From an uncultured Desulfobacterales bacterium (GTDB lineage: Bacteria; Desulfobacterota; Desulfobacteria; Desulfobacterales; SURF-7), in assembly GCA_964578935.1 (NCBI GenBank), contig CAZOEW010000001.1, positions 1 through 53,611 of the forward strand: a stretch of DNA of 53,611 bases, in the 5' to 3' direction. Position 1 is the first letter of the stretch, and each line of letters opens with the position of its first letter. The notes under the pieces were generated by a model. It searched no databases, was not told the DNA's origin, and worked only from the letters and a program-made list of their open reading frames with translations. Position numbers and translations under genes: made by a program. This document shows positions 43,577-52,258 of this stretch, piece after piece.

Positions 43577-44089
43577 ATGACGAAAATTACTCCCAGCGAT
43601 ATCCAGCAGCAACAGTTTAAAATTAAATTCAGAGGGCTCGATATACGAGAGGTGGATATGTATCTCGAGAAGGTAGCTGATGCCTTTGAATCTCTTATCA
43701 ATGAAAATCAAAAGATCCGTGAAAAGATAGACCGGCTTAATCTGGAGAGCCAGGGATATAAAAAAAGAGAGGAAATTTTCAAACGTGCCATCCTGAACTC
43801 CCAGAAAGTCCTTGAACAGATGAAACAGAATGCTCAAAAGGCAGCAGAACTGATCATCGCGGAAGCTGAAGTAAATGCGGAAAAGATACTCAACCGGGCT
43901 CATAACAGGCTGGCTCAGCTTCACGAAGATATTGCTGAGCTGAAGCGTCAGCGTATGCAGATTGAAGTTCAAATTCGTTCCATACTGGAATCTCATACCA
44001 AATTGCTGGATATTGAAAAAGAAGACGCAAAAACAACCGATAGTGCAGATGAAAAAATAAAATTGTTTAACCGGACAAACAGTCTGTAA
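43577..44089 (+). CDS. DivIVA domain-containing protein
   Basis: 170-aa ORF: MTKITPSDIQQQQFKIKFRGLDIREVDMYLEKVA plus a coiled coil. GGAGG sits upstream. Confidence 0.85.
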   Translation: MTKITPSDIQQQQFKIKFRGLDIREVDMYLEKVADAFESLINENQKIREKIDRLNLESQGYKKREEIFKRAILNSQKVLEQMKQNAQKAAELIIAEAEVNAEKILNRAHNRLAQLHEDIAELKRQRMQIEVQIRSILESHTKLLDIEKEDAKTTDSADEKIKLFNRTNSL

Positions 44090-44223
44090 GGTTACGGCTC
44101 GTCCTGGTATCCCGATATGATTGCAGAATATCCATAGACAGAGCCTGTTCTTTTTTGATCAGATTGTAAGTGCTTCGATATTATTTCCTCAACAATAAAT
44201 ACGTAACCATTCAGGAGCATTCT

Positions 44224-45282
44224 ATGGCTAAAATAGATGCATTTTTTAAGTTGATGCATGAGCAAGGCGCTTCCGACCTTCATCTCATAGCCGGACAGCA
44301 ACCCGCGCTCAGGGTAAGGGGAGAGATTGAAAGGGTAAAATACAAAGTCCTTGATAGTGATCATTTAAGGAGCATGCTGTATGAGATTACGCCGGAAGAG
44401 AGAATAAAACGGTTTGAAGAAACAGGGGATGTTGACTTTGGCTATGAGATTCTGGGTCTTGCAAGATACCGGGTCAATTTTTTTATGCATCGTAACGGTG
44501 TAGGGGCCGTTTTCAGAGAGATTCCAAGCGTGATCGCATCAATCGAGCAGCTCGGTCTCCCACCTGTTGTCGGCAGACTGGCAACCCTTCCGAGGGGTAT
44601 GGTTATCGTGACCGGCCCGACCGGCAGCGGAAAATCAACCACGCTTGCCGCCATTATTGATGTTGCCAATCGAATACGCAAGGATCATATTATCACCATT
44701 GAGGACCCCATTGAGTTTGTGCATCAGAGCCAGAACTGTATTGTAAACCATCGTGAAGTGGGAATACATACCAAAACATTTGCCTCAGCTCTGAGGGGAG
44801 CTCTTCGTGAGGATCCGGACATTATTCTGGTCGGTGAGATGAGAGATCTTGAAACAATTTCGCTGGCCATTGAAGCAGCTTCTACCGGACATCTTGTTTT
44901 TGCAACGCTGCATACGACAAGCGCCGCAAAAACCGTTGACCGGATTATCGAGGTTTTCCCGGGAGAGCAGCAGGCTCAGATACGCTCAACACTTGCAGAT
45001 GGTATCCGGGCTGTTATCGCACAGGTTCTTTTTAAAAGAATCGATATAAAATCCCGCTGTGTGGCACCTGAAATCCTGATCGCAACACCTGCGGTTCGAA
45101 ATCTCATTCGGGAATCAAAGACGCATCAGTTGCCTTCAATGATGCAGACAGGAAAAAAATACGGGATGCAGCTTTTGGATGATGCGATCATGAATTTATA
45201 CCAAAAGGGGTGGATAGGAGCTGATGAGGCATATGCCAAGGCAAATGACAAGGAGCAGTTTAAGCCCTTTTTACCGGCGTAG
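44224..45282 (+). CDS. pilT: type IV pilus retraction ATPase PilT
   Basis: ORF 44170-45282, start at MAKIDAFF. Motifs: ASDLHL, GPTGSGKSTT, ITIEDPIEF, ILVGEMRD, GHLVFATLHT. Confidence 0.9.
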   Translation: MAKIDAFFKLMHEQGASDLHLIAGQQPALRVRGEIERVKYKVLDSDHLRSMLYEITPEERIKRFEETGDVDFGYEILGLARYRVNFFMHRNGVGAVFREIPSVIASIEQLGLPPVVGRLATLPRGMVIVTGPTGSGKSTTLAAIIDVANRIRKDHIITIEDPIEFVHQSQNCIVNHREVGIHTKTFASALRGALREDPDIILVGEMRDLETISLAIEAASTGHLVFATLHTTSAAKTVDRIIEVFPGEQQAQIRSTLADGIRAVIAQVLFKRIDIKSRCVAPEILIATPAVRNLIRESKTHQLPSMMQTGKKYGMQLLDDAIMNLYQKGWIGADEAYAKANDKEQFKPFLPA

Positions 45283-45454
45283 CCATCTGATTTTACTGAG
45301 GTTTAATTTCTATTCCTGATTTTGTTAATTCGCAATTCCCTGACCGGCTCCTGTGGAACAAGGTCAGATTGTTTCGTCACGGTCTGGTGTATGTTTTCGG
45401 CTTTCAGGAAGATCTGTCAAGGGTTGCCGGGTTTATATAATAAAGGAGTGAGCA

Positions 45455-46621
45455 ATGAAAAAGCAGGAAGTGGATCACATTCTCGCCAGAATGCTCGATT
45501 CATATGAAAATGTATCAGACCTTAACCTGACCGTTGGAAAACCGCTGCAGGTTGAAAGCTCGGGAGAATTGCTCCCGGTTGAGATTAAGCCGTTTTTTGA
45601 GGAGTTGACACCTTTTCAAACAGAAACGATTGCATTGAATCTGATCGATCATGATGTCCGATTGACTGAAAAACTGATCGTGGAAGGTTCCTGTGACCTG
45701 TCTTACAGCCTCCCAGGGAAAGCACGGTTTCGTGTCAACATCTTTTCCCAGTCCGGCAATTATTCCATTATTCTAAGGCGCCTTGAGTCAACTGTTCCAA
45801 CCATATCGAACCTTAACCTTCCGGAAGTGTTTTATAAACTCGCGGAGGAAAAAAATGGGATCATTCTGGTCACCGGGGCCACCGGAACCGGCAAATCCAC
45901 TTCTCTAGCAGCAATCCTTGAGCATATCAATGAGAACAAATCGGTTCATATTGTTACGCTGGAAGATCCGATTGAATATCAGCATCCCCATAAAAAAGCC
46001 ACCTTCAATCAGAGGGAGCTTGGAAAAGATTTTGATGAGTTTTCAAGCGGCCTGCGGGCTGCCCTCAGGCAGGCTCCCAAGGTGATTCTTGTAGGTGAAA
46101 TGCGTGACAGGGAGACCGTGGAGATCGGTCTTAGAGCCGCGGAGACAGGGCATCTTGTCTTGACGACTCTGCATACGGTTGATGCGGGGAAAACCATCAG
46201 CCGCATACTCGGCATGTTCAGCACCGATGAAGAAAATATTGTTCGGGTGCGGCTGGCGGAAACCCTCCGCTGGATCGTTTGTCAGAGGCTTTTGCCCAAG
46301 GTAATCGGAGGCAGAATGGCAGCTTTTGAAATTTTAGGAACAAACCTGAGGGTTAAGGATGCGATATTGAATGGTGAATCAGAGGGGAGAACGTTTTATG
46401 ATATCATGGAGGCGAATCGAGCCTTTGGAATGACGACATTCGATGAATACATACTCAAACTGTTCGAACAGGGATTTATATCAGAAGAAACAGCTCAGGG
46501 ATTTGCATCGCGGAGAGGAGTCGTTAATCGGGGCATCGATATTGTGAAGAGTTCAAGGGGTGAAGCTACGACGGACATAAAGAATCTGGAAATTGACAGC
46601 GGTTACGGCAAATTTCGTTGA
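45455..46621 (+). CDS. PilT/PilU-family type IV pilus ATPase (second paralogue)
   Basis: 388-aa ORF with GATGTGKSTS, VTLEDPIEY, ILVGEMRD and GHLVLTTLHT. Confidence 0.8.
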   Translation: MKKQEVDHILARMLDSYENVSDLNLTVGKPLQVESSGELLPVEIKPFFEELTPFQTETIALNLIDHDVRLTEKLIVEGSCDLSYSLPGKARFRVNIFSQSGNYSIILRRLESTVPTISNLNLPEVFYKLAEEKNGIILVTGATGTGKSTSLAAILEHINENKSVHIVTLEDPIEYQHPHKKATFNQRELGKDFDEFSSGLRAALRQAPKVILVGEMRDRETVEIGLRAAETGHLVLTTLHTVDAGKTISRILGMFSTDEENIVRVRLAETLRWIVCQRLLPKVIGGRMAAFEILGTNLRVKDAILNGESEGRTFYDIMEANRAFGMTTFDEYILKLFEQGFISEETAQGFASRRGVVNRGIDIVKSSRGEATTDIKNLEIDSGYGKFR

Positions 46622-46675
46622 TGGCGGGAATAACCCCGTAACAGAGATTCAACAAGGAGGCCCTGGGACTGAAAA

Positions 46676-47428
46676 ATGGAAATCATATGTGACAAATGCA
46701 ATCGCAGTTTGAAAATATCGGATGATAAAATTCCAGAAGAGCGCAACGTTACCGTTCGGTGTCCCACATGTAAAAATAAGATAACGGTGCGCAAAGAAAA
46801 GCAGAAAGACGATTTTGAGGCCGATGCGGGCGGTTTTGAAACCGATGAGGGCAGTCCTGAAACCGATGCGGGTGGATTTGAAACCGATGAGGGCGGTCTT
46901 GAAGCTACTGACGGGAAAAACACTCAATTTGCATTTGATGCAGACTATTCGGAAGACTATGAGCAACCGGACAGAATGTTTGAATTTATCGAAGATGAAG
47001 GAAAAATAGCACTGATTTGTGAAATGGACCAGAGTATCAAAGAGCAGATAAAACCGGTTCTTGATTTTATGGAGTACCATATTATTGAAACAAACAGCTC
47101 AAGGGACGCAATCAAGAAATTGCGGTATAATGCTTTCAATATAATAGTACTCAATGAAGAGTTTGATACGAGCGATCCGGATTCAAACGGTATCTTGATC
47201 TATCTTGAACGGATGCAGATGCAGGAACGCAGAAAAATATTTGTGGCTCTGCTGAGTCGGCGATTTCAAACCCTGGATCATATGATGGCTCTTCATAAAA
47301 GTGTCAACATGATCATTAACCTGGAAAATCTGAATGAGTTTGAAAAAATTTTAAAACATGGTATATCTGACTCCGACATGTCTTACAGAATTTATATGGA
47401 AACCCTTAAGAATGCTGGACGCGTATAA
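46676..47428 (+). CDS. zinc-ribbon (MJ0042-like) protein with acidic heptad repeats and a C-terminal pseudo-receiver domain
   Basis: 250-aa ORF. MEIICDKCNRSLKI..VRCPTCKNKI is followed by (E-T/A-D-A/E-G-G/S-F/P/L) x4. The REC-like fold is IALICEMD..FNIIVLNEEFD..VALLS, with Asn where the phospho-acceptor Asp is expected. Confidence 0.6.
   Translation: MEIICDKCNRSLKISDDKIPEERNVTVRCPTCKNKITVRKEKQKDDFEADAGGFETDEGSPETDAGGFETDEGGLEATDGKNTQFAFDADYSEDYEQPDRMFEFIEDEGKIALICEMDQSIKEQIKPVLDFMEYHIIETNSSRDAIKKLRYNAFNIIVLNEEFDTSDPDSNGILIYLERMQMQERRKIFVALLSRRFQTLDHMMALHKSVNMIINLENLNEFEKILKHGISDSDMSYRIYMETLKNAGRV
46817..46915 (+). repeat. in-frame 21-bp tandem repeat, about 4.7 copies
   Basis: gaggccgatgcgggcggtttt / gaaaccgatgagggcagtcct / gaaaccgatgcgggtggattt / gaaaccgatgagggcggtctt / gaagctactgacggg. 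Units 1 and 3 are alike and units 2 and 4 are alike, giving a 42-bp super-period. Confidence 0.85.
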
Positions 47429-47443
47429 AAAAAGCAGTTTCGA

Positions 47444-47605
47444 ATGAAATCTTCCGGACGCAAATATACCTGTAACGAATATCGTGCCGAAATGATCTTG
47501 CTCGGCCTTCAAAAAAAACTGCATCAGAAAAATCTGACAGAAGAAGAGCGTCGAAACATAAAACAGGAGATACAAAATCTCGAATCCGCCATGGGCATGG
47601 ATTGA
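47444..47605 (+). CDS. small conserved-looking protein (53 aa), below the ORF-track cutoff
   Basis: My translation: MKSSGRKYTCNEYRAEMILLGLQKKLHQKNLTEEERRNIKQEIQNLESAMGMD. Its stop TGA (47603-47605) overlaps the ATG (47605) of the next gene (TGATG). No obvious SD. Confidence 0.45.
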   Translation: MKSSGRKYTCNEYRAEMILLGLQKKLHQKNLTEEERRNIKQEIQNLESAMGMD

Positions 47606-48501
47606 TGAATGCAAGAATAACGAAGGTTTCGAGAAAACTGTATCTCATTGCGTTGCTCCCTCCGATTGAAGGGTTTGATGACTTCATCAGTGTCTGGCTT
47701 TACACGGGTTCCCCTTCGTTTATCGTGGATGTAGGTCCGGCGGTTACGGTCAGTCAGCTTTTAACCGCACTTCAAGAACTGGACGTTAACAGGCTTGACT
47801 ATATTTTTCTTACCCATGTTCACATTGATCATGCCGGAGGCGTTTCGGATTTTTCGGCCGTTTTTCCGGAAACACCCGTTATATGTCATGGTTCCGCAAT
47901 TCCTCATCTTGTAGACCCTTCCATTCTGTGGGAGGGAAGTGTGAAAACGCTTGGAAAAATTGCACACGCCTATGAACCAATCAAGCCGGTTCATTCCGAA
48001 CGTCTCGTTAATGTAGCGGATTTCGGTTCAAATTCAGTGTTTCCGATATTGACACCGGGTCATTCTCCACATCATGTCAGCTATCAGTTCAAGGAGTATC
48101 TTTTTGCCGGTGAAGCAGGAGGAGTTTGCATACCGGAGTCAGCGTATCTCCGGCCGGCAACTCCGTCCAGATTTTTCCTGGAAACCTCGGTGCAGAGCAT
48201 TGATCGTCTGATAGAGCGGGACAGCAGGTTTATCTGTTACGGCCATTTTGGAATGAGTGGAAATTGCAGGGAGATGCTGGAAAAAAGCCGCGGTCAGCTT
48301 TTCCGGTGGGAAAGGGTTATCGGTGAAGAGATCGAAAAATTGAATCAGGAACATTTTTTGACAACCTGCATGGATAGACTTTTACAGGAAGATTCGTTGC
48401 TTTCCGGGTTTTATGCGTTAAGCCCGGCAAAAAGGGAGAGGGAAAGATACTTTTTGAAAAACAGCATCCAGGGTTTCCGGTCAGCCGCTTTCCATCCATA
48501 A
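47605..48501 (+). CDS. MBL-fold metallo-hydrolase
   Basis: ORF 47602-48501 with LTHVHIDHAGG (HxHxDH), TPGHSPHH and CYGHFG. Confidence 0.8.
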   Translation: MNARITKVSRKLYLIALLPPIEGFDDFISVWLYTGSPSFIVDVGPAVTVSQLLTALQELDVNRLDYIFLTHVHIDHAGGVSDFSAVFPETPVICHGSAIPHLVDPSILWEGSVKTLGKIAHAYEPIKPVHSERLVNVADFGSNSVFPILTPGHSPHHVSYQFKEYLFAGEAGGVCIPESAYLRPATPSRFFLETSVQSIDRLIERDSRFICYGHFGMSGNCREMLEKSRGQLFRWERVIGEEIEKLNQEHFLTTCMDRLLQEDSLLSGFYALSPAKRERERYFLKNSIQGFRSAAFHP

Positions 48502-48523
48502 TCCGCTTTTTCAATGACGGGAA

Positions 48524-49294
48524 CTATCCATGAAGGCTGTCGCTGATGATCCTTAACCCGTCCAGTGTCAATGCGGGTTCTACCGCCTCGATTGTTTCCG
48601 ATGCATCATAAATCAGGGTTGCAAGGCCCCCTGTTGCAATTACCTTTGGCTTGGTTCCCATCTCCTTATCCATGCGCCTCACGATTCCATCCACGAGGCC
48701 GGCATATCCGAAAATAATACCGGATTTTATGCTTTCCACCGTATTTTTCCCAATGATCCGCTCCGGCTTTTCGAAAAGCTCAACCCGTGGCAGCTTTGAT
48801 GCCTTTTTAAACAAAGCTTCTGACGAAATCATGACTCCCGGTGCGATCGCTCCTCCCAGATACTCTCCTTTTTCCGATATCGCATCAAAGGTCGTGGCGG
48901 TTCCGAAGTCGATGACAATCAAACTTTGTTTATACTTGTCATACGCGGCAACCGCATTGACAATTCTGTCCGCACCTACTTCTGAAGGATTGCTGTACAG
49001 AATAGGCATTTGGGTCGCGGTTTTTGCATCAACCCATCTGGGTTTGTGATTCAGGTATTTCCTGCAGAAAGCGTCATAAATGGTGACAACGGGGGGAACC
49101 ACGCAGGATATAATTGTCTGTTGAATATCACTGAATTTGATGCCGCTTCCTCCAAAGAGAGCCGAAGCCAGAATACAAAATTCATCCTCGGTGGTATTTT
49201 TTTCCGTTCGTATGCGCCAGCTCTTTAGGAGTTTTGAGCCGTCAAAGATCCCCAGAACCGTATTGGTATTTCCGATATCGATAACAAGAAGCAT
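48524..49294 (-). CDS. coaX: type III pantothenate kinase
   Basis: 256-aa ORF with MLLVIDIGNTNT, VGADRIVNAVAA, IVIDFGTATTFD and VIATGGLA. Confidence 0.9.
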   Translation of the reverse strand: MLLVIDIGNTNTVLGIFDGSKLLKSWRIRTEKNTTEDEFCILASALFGGSGIKFSDIQQTIISCVVPPVVTIYDAFCRKYLNHKPRWVDAKTATQMPILYSNPSEVGADRIVNAVAAYDKYKQSLIVIDFGTATTFDAISEKGEYLGGAIAPGVMISSEALFKKASKLPRVELFEKPERIIGKNTVESIKSGIIFGYAGLVDGIVRRMDKEMGTKPKVIATGGLATLIYDASETIEAVEPALTLDGLRIISDSLHG

Positions 49295-49345
49295 AAATCA
49301 CCTGTCCCTATGGATATTGATTAATGTGTCCGCCTGTTTTCTGTT

Positions 49346-50230
49346 TTAAGCATTCCGAATGGCATCCACTATTTTCAGCGTCGCACATGTGTTTGCCACA
49401 TTGTGACATCTTACAATATGAGCACCTTTTAATGCCGCGGCAGCAACGGCTGCCTGGGTCCCTGTTTCCACGACAGGTGACTCCGGATGCAGTTCCTTTT
49501 TCAGATCCCCTCTCAGTTCATTACGAATAAACGCTTTCCTGGAAGGCCCAACAAGAATAGGCACTTCAAGTGATTGAAATTCTTCGATACTTTTTATTAG
49601 TTGAAAATTATGCTTAAATGTTTTCCCAAACCCGATCCCCGGATCAATGATGATTTTGGACCTGTTGATTCCTTTTTCCATGGCAGACTGGATTGCCTGT
49701 TTCAGAAATGCTTTAATTTCATTCACAAGATCACTGTAAACCGGTGATTCCTGCATGGTTTTCGGGGTGCCTTTCATGTGCATCAGTATTATGGGAACGT
49801 TGTATTCAGCGGCAACGGCAGCGAGATCGGGATCATTTCTTAATGAACTGATATCATTTATAATAGAAGCGCCAGCGCCAAGGGCTCTCCGTGCAACACC
49901 TGATTTTGTCGTATCAATGGAAATGGGGATTGAGATATGTTTGGCCAGATATTCTATGACCGGAATCACCCTTTTCAACTCTTCTTCTTCCGATATCGGT
50001 TCTGAAGAGGGTTTGGTTGATTCTCCACCGACATCAATGATATCGGCCCCTTCTTCAGCCATTTTTTCCGCATGGGAAAGGGCTGTATCATGGTCCAGAT
50101 ATTTTCCTCCATCTGAAAAAGAGTCAGGGGTTATATTCAGGATGCCCATGACCCGGGTCTTCCGGCCCAGTTCCAGTACATAATCTCCGCAAATGATATG
50201 ATGTATATGATGTGGATGCCTGGCAGCCAT
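49346..50230 (-). CDS. folP: dihydropteroate synthase
   Basis: 294-aa ORF with VMGILNITPDSFSDGG, GADIIDVGGESTKP, ISIDT and DPGIGFGK. Confidence 0.9.
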   Translation of the reverse strand: MAARHPHHIHHIICGDYVLELGRKTRVMGILNITPDSFSDGGKYLDHDTALSHAEKMAEEGADIIDVGGESTKPSSEPISEEEELKRVIPVIEYLAKHISIPISIDTTKSGVARRALGAGASIINDISSLRNDPDLAAVAAEYNVPIILMHMKGTPKTMQESPVYSDLVNEIKAFLKQAIQSAMEKGINRSKIIIDPGIGFGKTFKHNFQLIKSIEEFQSLEVPILVGPSRKAFIRNELRGDLKKELHPESPVVETGTQAAVAAAALKGAHIVRCHNVANTCATLKIVDAIRNA

Positions 50231-50232
50231 TT

Positions 50233-52101
50233 TCAGACTGTTTCTTCGGAGGGCGTCTCACTGGTTATCCCTTTATCCTGTTTCTCGGAATCAGGGCTTT
50301 TAAGCTTTATTCCAGGGCGCATGGCGCGGATAAGGTCATCCAGTTCAGCCCCGAGAACCGTTTCCTTTTCAAGCAGAAGATCAGAGAGCTTATGAAGAAT
50401 ATCGATGTTTTTAACCAGGATCTTTTTTGCTTTTTCATAGCTTTCCATAATCAGGCGCGTAACCTCTTGGTCAATATTTTTTGCCGTTTCTTCAGAATAA
50501 TCTTTGTGCTGGGCGATTTCCCGACCCAGGAAAATATGCTCTTCGCCCTGTGCATAGGAAAGCGGTCCCAACAGAGCACTCATGCCCCAGCTTCTGACCA
50601 TTTTCTGGGCAAGCGCTGTCGCTTGTTTGATATCATTGGAAGCACCGGTACTGATCCGTTTAAAAACAATTTCTTCCGCAACCCGTCCTCCAAAGGTTAT
50701 GGCCAATTCATTTTCAAGCTGATCCTTATATTTAAAATCACGCTCTTCGGGCAGAAACCAGGTTATACCTGCTGCATTCCCTCTCGGAATAATACTAATT
50801 TTGTTGACGACGTCGGTATCCGGCAGAAAACGAGCAACAAGGGCATGCCCACCTTCATGAATGGCGGTTGTTTTTCGATCTTCTTCTCGCACAACTTTTG
50901 ATTTTCGTTCAAGCCCCATGTAAACTTTATCCTTGGCATCCTCAAAATCGACCATCTGAAGTTTTTCTTTGTTTCGTTTTGCGGCCAGAAGTGCGGCTTC
51001 ATTTACAAGATTTTCAAGGTCCGCGCCTGAAAAACCGGGAGTTCCTTTGGCGATAACCAGAATGTTAACATCGGTATCGACCGGTGTTTTCTTTGTGTGA
51101 ACATTGAGAATTCCTTCTCGACCTTTGATGTCGGGCAGCGGAACAACAACCTGACGATCAAATCGGCCCGGGCGCATCAATGCCGGATCCAGAACATCCG
51201 GACGGTTCGTGGCGGAAATCAGAATAACGCCTTCGTTTGATTCAAACCCGTCCATTTCAACCAGGAGCTGGTTGAGGGTCTGTTCTCTTTCATCGTGACC
51301 ACCGCCGAGACCGGCTCCTCGATGTCTGCCGACTGCATCGATTTCATCGATAAAAATGATACAGGGGGCGTTTTTTTTGCCCTGGACGAAAAGATCCCGA
51401 ACGCGCGAGGCACCGACACCGACAAACATTTCAACAAAATCCGAACCGCTGATGCTGAAAAACGGAACCCCGGCCTCTCCGGCGATTGCTCGGGCCAGAA
51501 GTGTTTTTCCGGTGCCGGGTGATCCCATCAGAAGGACCCCTTTGGGGATTCTGCCTCCAAGACGGGTGAATTTTTTAGGGTCTTTTAAAAATTCTATGAT
51601 TTCAGCAAGTTCTTCTTTTGCTTCTTCGATTCCGGCAACATCTTTAAACGTAACCTTTTCGGCCTGATCTGAAAGCAGGCGAGCCCGGCTTTTCCCGAAA
51701 GAGAGTGCCTTGCCTCCTCCTCCCTGCATCTGCCGCATAAAAAAGATCCACACCCCGATGAGAATAATCATGGGGAACCAGGATACCAGTATGGACATAA
51801 ACCAGGGTGTTTCCGCCGGCGGCTTGGCATTGATCGCAACTTTTTTTTGCCTGAGGATTTTGATAAGGTCGCTGTCCTGAGGAGCAAAAACTTTAAAACG
51901 AGATCCGTTGATATCGGACACATAAAGCTCCTGGCCCTGTATTACAACATTCGCGACCTTCTCTTCCTCTACCATGGAAATAAATTCAGAGTAACCGATC
52001 TGGGTTTCAGCGACCTGCTGCTGGTTAAAAATATTGACAAGCATTACCACCATCAGAATGATGACAAGCCATAAAGACAGATTTTTATAAAATGGATTCA
52101 A
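50233..52101 (-). CDS. ftsH: ATP-dependent zinc metalloprotease FtsH
   Basis: 622-aa ORF with two N-terminal TM segments, [20 protein letters not shown], the SRH region and HEGGHAL (HExxH). Confidence 0.95.
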   Translation of the reverse strand: MNPFYKNLSLWLVIILMVVMLVNIFNQQQVAETQIGYSEFISMVEEEKVANVVIQGQELYVSDINGSRFKVFAPQDSDLIKILRQKKVAINAKPPAETPWFMSILVSWFPMIILIGVWIFFMRQMQGGGGKALSFGKSRARLLSDQAEKVTFKDVAGIEEAKEELAEIIEFLKDPKKFTRLGGRIPKGVLLMGSPGTGKTLLARAIAGEAGVPFFSISGSDFVEMFVGVGASRVRDLFVQGKKNAPCIIFIDEIDAVGRHRGAGLGGGHDEREQTLNQLLVEMDGFESNEGVILISATNRPDVLDPALMRPGRFDRQVVVPLPDIKGREGILNVHTKKTPVDTDVNILVIAKGTPGFSGADLENLVNEAALLAAKRNKEKLQMVDFEDAKDKVYMGLERKSKVVREEDRKTTAIHEGGHALVARFLPDTDVVNKISIIPRGNAAGITWFLPEERDFKYKDQLENELAITFGGRVAEEIVFKRISTGASNDIKQATALAQKMVRSWGMSALLGPLSYAQGEEHIFLGREIAQHKDYSEETAKNIDQEVTRLIMESYEKAKKILVKNIDILHKLSDLLLEKETVLGAELDDLIRAMRPGIKLKSPDSEKQDKGITSETPSEETV

Positions 52102-52258
52102 TCCCTTTTACCTCCTGGATGGATTCAAATTTGATCGTGAAATACCTGTTTTTTTTATGGCAGAAAAATTAAAAAATATACAGTATTTTCTATCATGGAT
52201 ATAACAATCGTATCTGGAAAACAGGTTGCCAGAAGAATAATCTAATCATCATTATTCA

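Noticed and set aside
46817-46915. Short tandem repeats that could be mistaken for a mini CRISPR array
   Set aside because: The units are contiguous with no spacers, are 21 bp long, and are in frame within a CDS, where they encode an acidic heptad.
46603-47080. Two overlapping minus-strand ORFs (106 and 143 aa) with repetitive sequence
   Set aside because: They are produced by the reverse complement of the 21-bp coding repeats of the plus-strand zinc-ribbon gene. There is no independent support.
50212-50901. 229-aa plus-strand ORF
   Set aside because: It is antisense to ftsH, so this is a shadow ORF.
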